Shown: positions 6,151-7,652 of the stretch, piece after piece
Layout of the letters: each line of letters opens with the position of its first letter
Numbering within the stretch: position 1 is the first letter of the stretch
NCBI GenBank assembly: GCA_049974095.1
Contig: JBMFJD010000009.1
Span: forward strand, 27,397 to 35,048
DNA length: 7,652 bases
Reading direction: 5' to 3'
DNA from: Nanopusillaceae archaeon
GTDB lineage: Archaea; Nanobdellota; Nanobdellia; Nanobdellales; Nanobdellaceae
Translations under genes and position numbers: made by a program
Notes under the pieces: generated by a model
The model's database searches: none
What the model was told of the DNA's origin: nothing
Seen by the model: only the letters and a program-made list of their open reading frames with translations

Positions 6151-6566
6151 TAGTAAAGGTAGGAAATAAATATTATTATATTGGAGATAAGGTAGCGAGA
6201 ACTATATTAAAAAGAATCTCTGATAATAAAATACATACAATAGAATCTATTAAAGATATAAAGGAACAATATGGAAAAAGGGTTTATGATGTACTATGGA
6301 CTTTAAATAAAGAAGGTATTGTTGATATAAAGAAAACATTTACTGGTAAACTATTAATGAAATCTAAGGCTAAGGAAGTAAAATATATCAATATTTTATT
6401 AATTATCTCAATATTTACTTCTACAGGTATATATCTATTATCTCTATTATTGATAAAACAAGAGTTATTTAGATATATTGGTGTTCTAATTGGTTTGGCG
6501 TCTACTATAGAAATAATATTATTATTATTAAGTAAGAAGGTATTTGATGATATGGAGACTTTATAA
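6147..6566 (+). CDS. Membrane-tethered winged-helix-like protein (N-terminal wHTH-like domain plus C-terminal TM hairpin)
   Basis: The protein is 139 aa, and its start overlaps the upstream stop as ATGA. aa 12-66 (ARTILKRISDNKIHTIESIKDIKEQYGKRVYDVLWTLNKEGIVDIKKTFTGKLL) have the helix / helix-turn-helix / beta-wing layout of MarR/TrmB/PadR-type winged helices. aa 80-103 (YINILLIISIFTSTGIYLLSLLLI) and 108-128 (FRYIGVLIGLASTIEIILLLL) form two TM helices, followed by a short acidic tail KKVFDDMETL. Confidence 0.75.
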   Translation: MIVKVGNKYYYIGDKVARTILKRISDNKIHTIESIKDIKEQYGKRVYDVLWTLNKEGIVDIKKTFTGKLLMKSKAKEVKYINILLIISIFTSTGIYLLSLLLIKQELFRYIGVLIGLASTIEIILLLLSKKVFDDMETL

Positions 6567-6567
6567 A

Positions 6568-6573
6568 TTTTTT
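6568..6573 (+). terminator. Oligo-T tract (T6) immediately after the stop of the 139-aa gene; candidate archaeal intrinsic terminator
   Basis: The sequence reads taa-a-tttttt-g, with the tract starting one nt after the stop codon (6564-6566). It sits in the only sizeable intergenic gap in the window (6567-6632). Runs of five or more T are known termination signals for archaeal RNA polymerase. Confidence 0.45.
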
Positions 6574-6597
6574 GCTAGTACGTTCCCTGTATTGTAG

Positions 6598-6632
6598 TTT
6601 TTATTATAAATATCTATGAGTAATAAATATAT
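6598..6632 (+). promoter_or_regulatory. Archaeal TATA-box promoter for a leaderless transcript of the downstream gene
   Basis: In tttttattataaata, the core attataaa at 6603-6610 is centred about 26-27 nt upstream of the ATG at 6633. That is the canonical TATA-to-start distance in Sulfolobales-type promoters when the transcript starts at or next to the start codon. There is no Shine-Dalgarno motif. An in-frame stop (taa, 6624-6626) closes the frame just upstream. Confidence 0.55.
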
Positions 6633-7652
6633 ATGGCAATGACAAAGCAGACAGAGTATATATTAGCAGCACTATTTTTGTTATTAATAGGGGGTATAGC
6701 ATACATGTCATATACGGGAGTAAAGCCATCGGCACCAGTATCAGTAGCCTGTGGTCCAATACTATCACAGGTATACGGACTGTCAGGACAAGCAGTAAGT
6801 GAAGTAGCAAAAGTATTAAATTCAGTAAACAATAATCCAGTACAAGGTGCTAACATATATGCATTTAGCACACAACCATATTACTGGGGACAATCACAAG
6901 TATGGAGTTTAGCATCATCTATGGTATTAGGACAAACACCAACAGCAGTTACAGGAACACAAGGTAATGCTACATTACAAGTAACAATTCCATCAGGAAA
7001 TCAAACATCAACAGAATATTTAATTGTAACAGCACCAGGATACTGGACAGAATTATACACATTATCGACAGGATTTAATTCATTATTCTCAGCATCATCT
7101 GAACAACAATGTGTTCAATTATACCCATATTCAACAATACAAGACTTGTTACCATCTTTAATACAAGTACAAGCACAAGATGTATTAACAGGAAAGATAG
7201 TACAATTAAACCAAATAACATTGGAACCAGTTGGATCACTAGTACCAAATATTACAACAGTTTCATTAGGAGTAAACTCTAACCAATTCGGAGCATCATT
7301 AACAGGAGGATACGTTGGATTCGTAAGCGGTGGATCATTAAGAATTACAGGTATTAAATTAATAGGATTAAACATGTCAAATGACGGAATACAACAAGTA
7401 TCATTAACAATAACAGCAAATGGACAAACATTATACAATGGTGTAGTATATAATGCATTAAACTCTAACTTACCATTAGGATCAGGATCAGGAACATACA
7501 CAATATCTGTACCAAATGGAGTAGTTGAAATACCAAATGGAGGACAATTACAAATACAATTACAAGTAGTTGCAAACACTAATACAGAACAAACAGCAGG
7601 ATACTTATATCCAGGAGAACAATTCATGCAAATACAATTACAATTAGCAGAC
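6633..7652 (+). CDS. N-terminally anchored, beta-rich, Q/G/T/V-rich extracellular protein, 3'-truncated by the window edge; likely abundantly expressed structural or surface protein. Not in the supplied ORF track.
   Basis: I translated 340 consecutive sense codons by hand with no stop through the last base of the window: MAMTKQTEYILAALFLLLIGGIAYMSYTGVKPSAPVSVACGPILSQVYGLSGQAVSEVAKVLNSVNNNPVQGANIYAFSTQPYYWGQSQVWSLASSMVLGQTPTAVTGTQGNATLQVTIPSGNQTSTEYLIVTAPGYWTELYTLSTGFNSLFSASSEQQCVQLYPYSTIQDLLPSLIQVQAQDVLTGKIVQLNQITLEPVGSLVPNITTVSLGVNSNQFGASLTGGYVGFVSGGSLRITGIKLIGLNMSNDGIQQVSLTITANGQTLYNGVVYNALNSNLPLGSGSGTYTISVPNGVVEIPNGGQLQIQLQVVANTNTEQTAGYLYPGEQFMQIQLQLAD. The gene shows strong, uniform codon bias (caa, aca, gga, gta, tta, cca, tca, gca), has one N-terminal TM helix (aa 9-27), and has a promoter and terminator context upstream. 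Met3 (6639) is an alternative start. Confidence 0.85.
   Translation, partial: MAMTKQTEYILAALFLLLIGGIAYMSYTGVKPSAPVSVACGPILSQVYGLSGQAVSEVAKVLNSVNNNPVQGANIYAFSTQPYYWGQSQVWSLASSMVLGQTPTAVTGTQGNATLQVTIPSGNQTSTEYLIVTAPGYWTELYTLSTGFNSLFSASSEQQCVQLYPYSTIQDLLPSLIQVQAQDVLTGKIVQLNQITLEPVGSLVPNITTVSLGVNSNQFGASLTGGYVGFVSGGSLRITGIKLIGLNMSNDGIQQVSLTITANGQTLYNGVVYNALNSNLPLGSGSGTYTISVPNGVVEIPNGGQLQIQLQVVANTNTEQTAGYLYPGEQFMQIQLQLAD

Noticed and set aside
6633-6713. Class III (type IV prepilin-like) signal peptide in the truncated protein and in the 472-aa protein
   Set aside because: The early Glu in the hydrophobic segment is reminiscent of pilins. However, neither N-terminus has the [K/R]-[G/A/S] cleavage junction expected for archaeal PibD/FlaK substrates (the sequences are T-K-Q-T-E and R-V-K-I-E). 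I kept it only as an unexplained shared motif.
6604-6871. Two listed overlapping minus-strand ORFs (6604..6810, 68 aa; 6614..6871, 85 aa)
   Set aside because: They are antisense to the 5' end of the + strand gene and run into its promoter. They are short and mutually exclusive, and their composition is an artefact of complementing A-ending codons.
7115-7627. Listed 170-aa minus-strand ORF
   Set aside because: It lies wholly antisense to the hand-verified + strand gene at 6633..7652. Its frame stays open only because antisense stops would need T or C at sense third-codon positions, which that gene almost never uses. The translation is Cys/Pro/Asn-rich (CNCICNC etc.), unlike any protein in the window, and it has no promoter-like context.
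1-7652. CRISPR arrays, tRNA/rRNA genes, transposase/IS ends, long direct or inverted DNA repeats
   Set aside because: I saw no regularly spaced repeats, no cloverleaf-capable GC-rich segments and no transposase- or integrase-like translations. The short tatatata runs (for example around 5990-6030) are what this AT-rich composition produces and lie inside coding sequence.

Overview
The window is AT-rich (roughly 30% GC by eye, not computed), and every credible gene is on the + strand. I support six tightly packed genes. (1) 6..3761 encodes a 1251-aa secreted protein that is dense in N-glycosylation sequons and poor in charged residues. It has a Sec-type signal peptide, an N-terminal DUF2341-like/jelly-roll region, about seven tandem ~95-100-aa beta-sandwich modules and a C-terminal bundle of 2-3 TM helices. 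(2) 3755..4003 encodes an 82-aa K/E-rich helical protein with an HTH-like segment. (3) 3985..4716 encodes a 243-aa seven-helix membrane protein whose polar intramembrane residues fit the order and helix placement of CPBP (CAAX/Abi) intramembrane protease motifs. (4) 4732..6150 encodes a 472-aa secreted glycoprotein with a CARDB/NEW3-like beta-sandwich and a C-terminal TM anchor. (5) 6147..6566 encodes a 139-aa winged-helix-like protein tethered by a TM hairpin. (6) A 340-codon + strand ORF at 6633..7652 is missing from the supplied ORF track because it runs off the right edge without a stop. It sits behind an oligo-T tract and a TATA-like box placed for a leaderless transcript. It has a distinct A-ending codon bias, and the three listed minus-strand ORFs in that region are its antisense shadows. 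I saw no RNA genes, CRISPR array, transposase, integrase, ATPase or glycosyltransferase. Three lines of evidence point by inference to a thermoacidophilic archaeon (Sulfolobales-like) or one of its viruses or plasmids: the protein chemistry, the TATA-at-about-minus-27 geometry, and overlapping start/stop codons without Shine-Dalgarno motifs. I cannot name a homologue for any protein. The most interesting reading is an uncharacterised surface or envelope cassette. In it, a CPBP-like protease and two small putative DNA-binding proteins lie among three membrane-anchored extracellular proteins, two of which share an unusual N-terminal K-x-EYIL motif. All functional assignments rest on motifs read by eye and need profile and structure searches.
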